From assembly GCA_963575745.1 (NCBI GenBank), contig CAUYUJ010000114.1:434001-498000 (forward strand): a stretch of DNA of 64,000 nucleotides, read 5' to 3'. A program made the translations under genes and the position numbers. This DNA is from Prorocentrum cordatum. Lineage: Eukaryota. Shown one piece after another: positions 63,027 to 64,000 of the stretch (its first letter is position 1; the number at the start of each line of letters is the position of its first letter). The notes under the pieces were generated by a model. That model saw only the letters and a list, made by a program, of their open reading frames with translations, did not search any database and had not been told where the DNA came from.

Positions 63027-64000
63027 GCGCCGCGGCGGCGCCCCGCCGCCCGTAGCGCGCTCCCTCGGGGGGGGCCGCCGCCGCGGGTCGCGGCACGGAC
63101 GCCCATGATTCGGGCCGGACCCTCGTCCTCCTCCTCCTCCTCCTCCTCCTCCTCCTCCTCCTCCTCCTACTCCTCCTCCTCCTCATCATCCCCCTCCCCC
63201 TCCTTCATATTCTCCTCTCCTCCTCCTCCTCCTCCTCCTCTCCTCGTCCTCCTCCTCCCCCTCCCCCTCCTTCGTATTCTCGTCCTCCTCCTCCTCCTCG
63301 TCCTCCTCCTCCTCCTCCGCCTCCTCCTCTTCCTCCTCCTCCTCCTCCTACACGTGCACGAATCCACGCGGGTTTCGAGAGTTCGCATTGCGCGAATGTT
63401 CGTACCACGTGGCCGGTCTCGCGGGTTAGAGGGTCGGGCCGGACGAAAGGGAGGGGATTGGGAAAGGGGGAGTTACAAAATCTGCTGCATGCAGCTGGTT
63501 TCGGCCTTACCGAGGGGCCCATTCCTCGATGCATAGCCGCCTCCGGCGCCGGGCGGCGCCAAGAGAATCAGCTACGCGAGCTGATTCTCAACCTTCCCCT
63601 TTATTATCCCCCCCTTTCGCCCGACACGAACAGACGCCTTTTACCATCGATCTCCTTACCCACGTCTCTATCGATCCCAGCATCGATCTCACGACTGATA
63701 TCACAGTCGATTCACCATCGACATCATTACAGATCGCACGGGCGACTTAACGATCGATCTCCCTATCGATTCTATAGGCGTACGCCACATCCGCCGACCC
63801 CTTTGTTCGAAAAGCGTTGTGGTTTCTCTGGTGTCGCATGCAGTGTCGGCACCATTCTCCTGCAATGTTGCGTGCAGCGTGTGGTCGTGAGGAGGAGGAA
63901 GAGGAGAAGGATGAGAAGGAGGAGGAGGAGGAGGAGGAGGAGGTGATCGCGGGGATCTCTTGGGGGGCTTCTCGCGGGACTCTTGGAGGCAGTTTCGAAG

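Overview
Repeat-dense, GC-rich eukaryotic DNA, almost certainly from a dinoflagellate. The evidence is an exact 22-nt DinoSL spliced leader, GA/GC splice donors and huge (GAG)n/(GAT)n tracts; the style resembles Prorocentrum, but the species is not established. Most ORFs in the track are spurious. (1) Host gene: nine 39-126 nt exons between 23863 and ~63026 (+) splice in frame into ~227 aa of the N-terminal coiled-coil arm of condensin SMC4. All eight introns use GA or GC donors inside short direct repeats. (2) Best candidate for a novel system: a full-length non-LTR retrotransposon (12922-18725, -; ORF1 ZnF/coiled-coil, APE-RT-RNase H). Its very 5' end is a perfect spliced leader followed by an older degenerate SL. 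It sits in a (CCT/GAG)n microsatellite, tail-to-tail with a second, 5'-truncated RNase H LINE, and neither has a poly(A) tail. (3) The rest is a Helitron helicase remnant, further degraded LINEs, 160-bp and 77-bp satellites, a 2-kb tandem duplication and many MITE/foldback families. Family assignments come from motif recognition by eye, not from searches.
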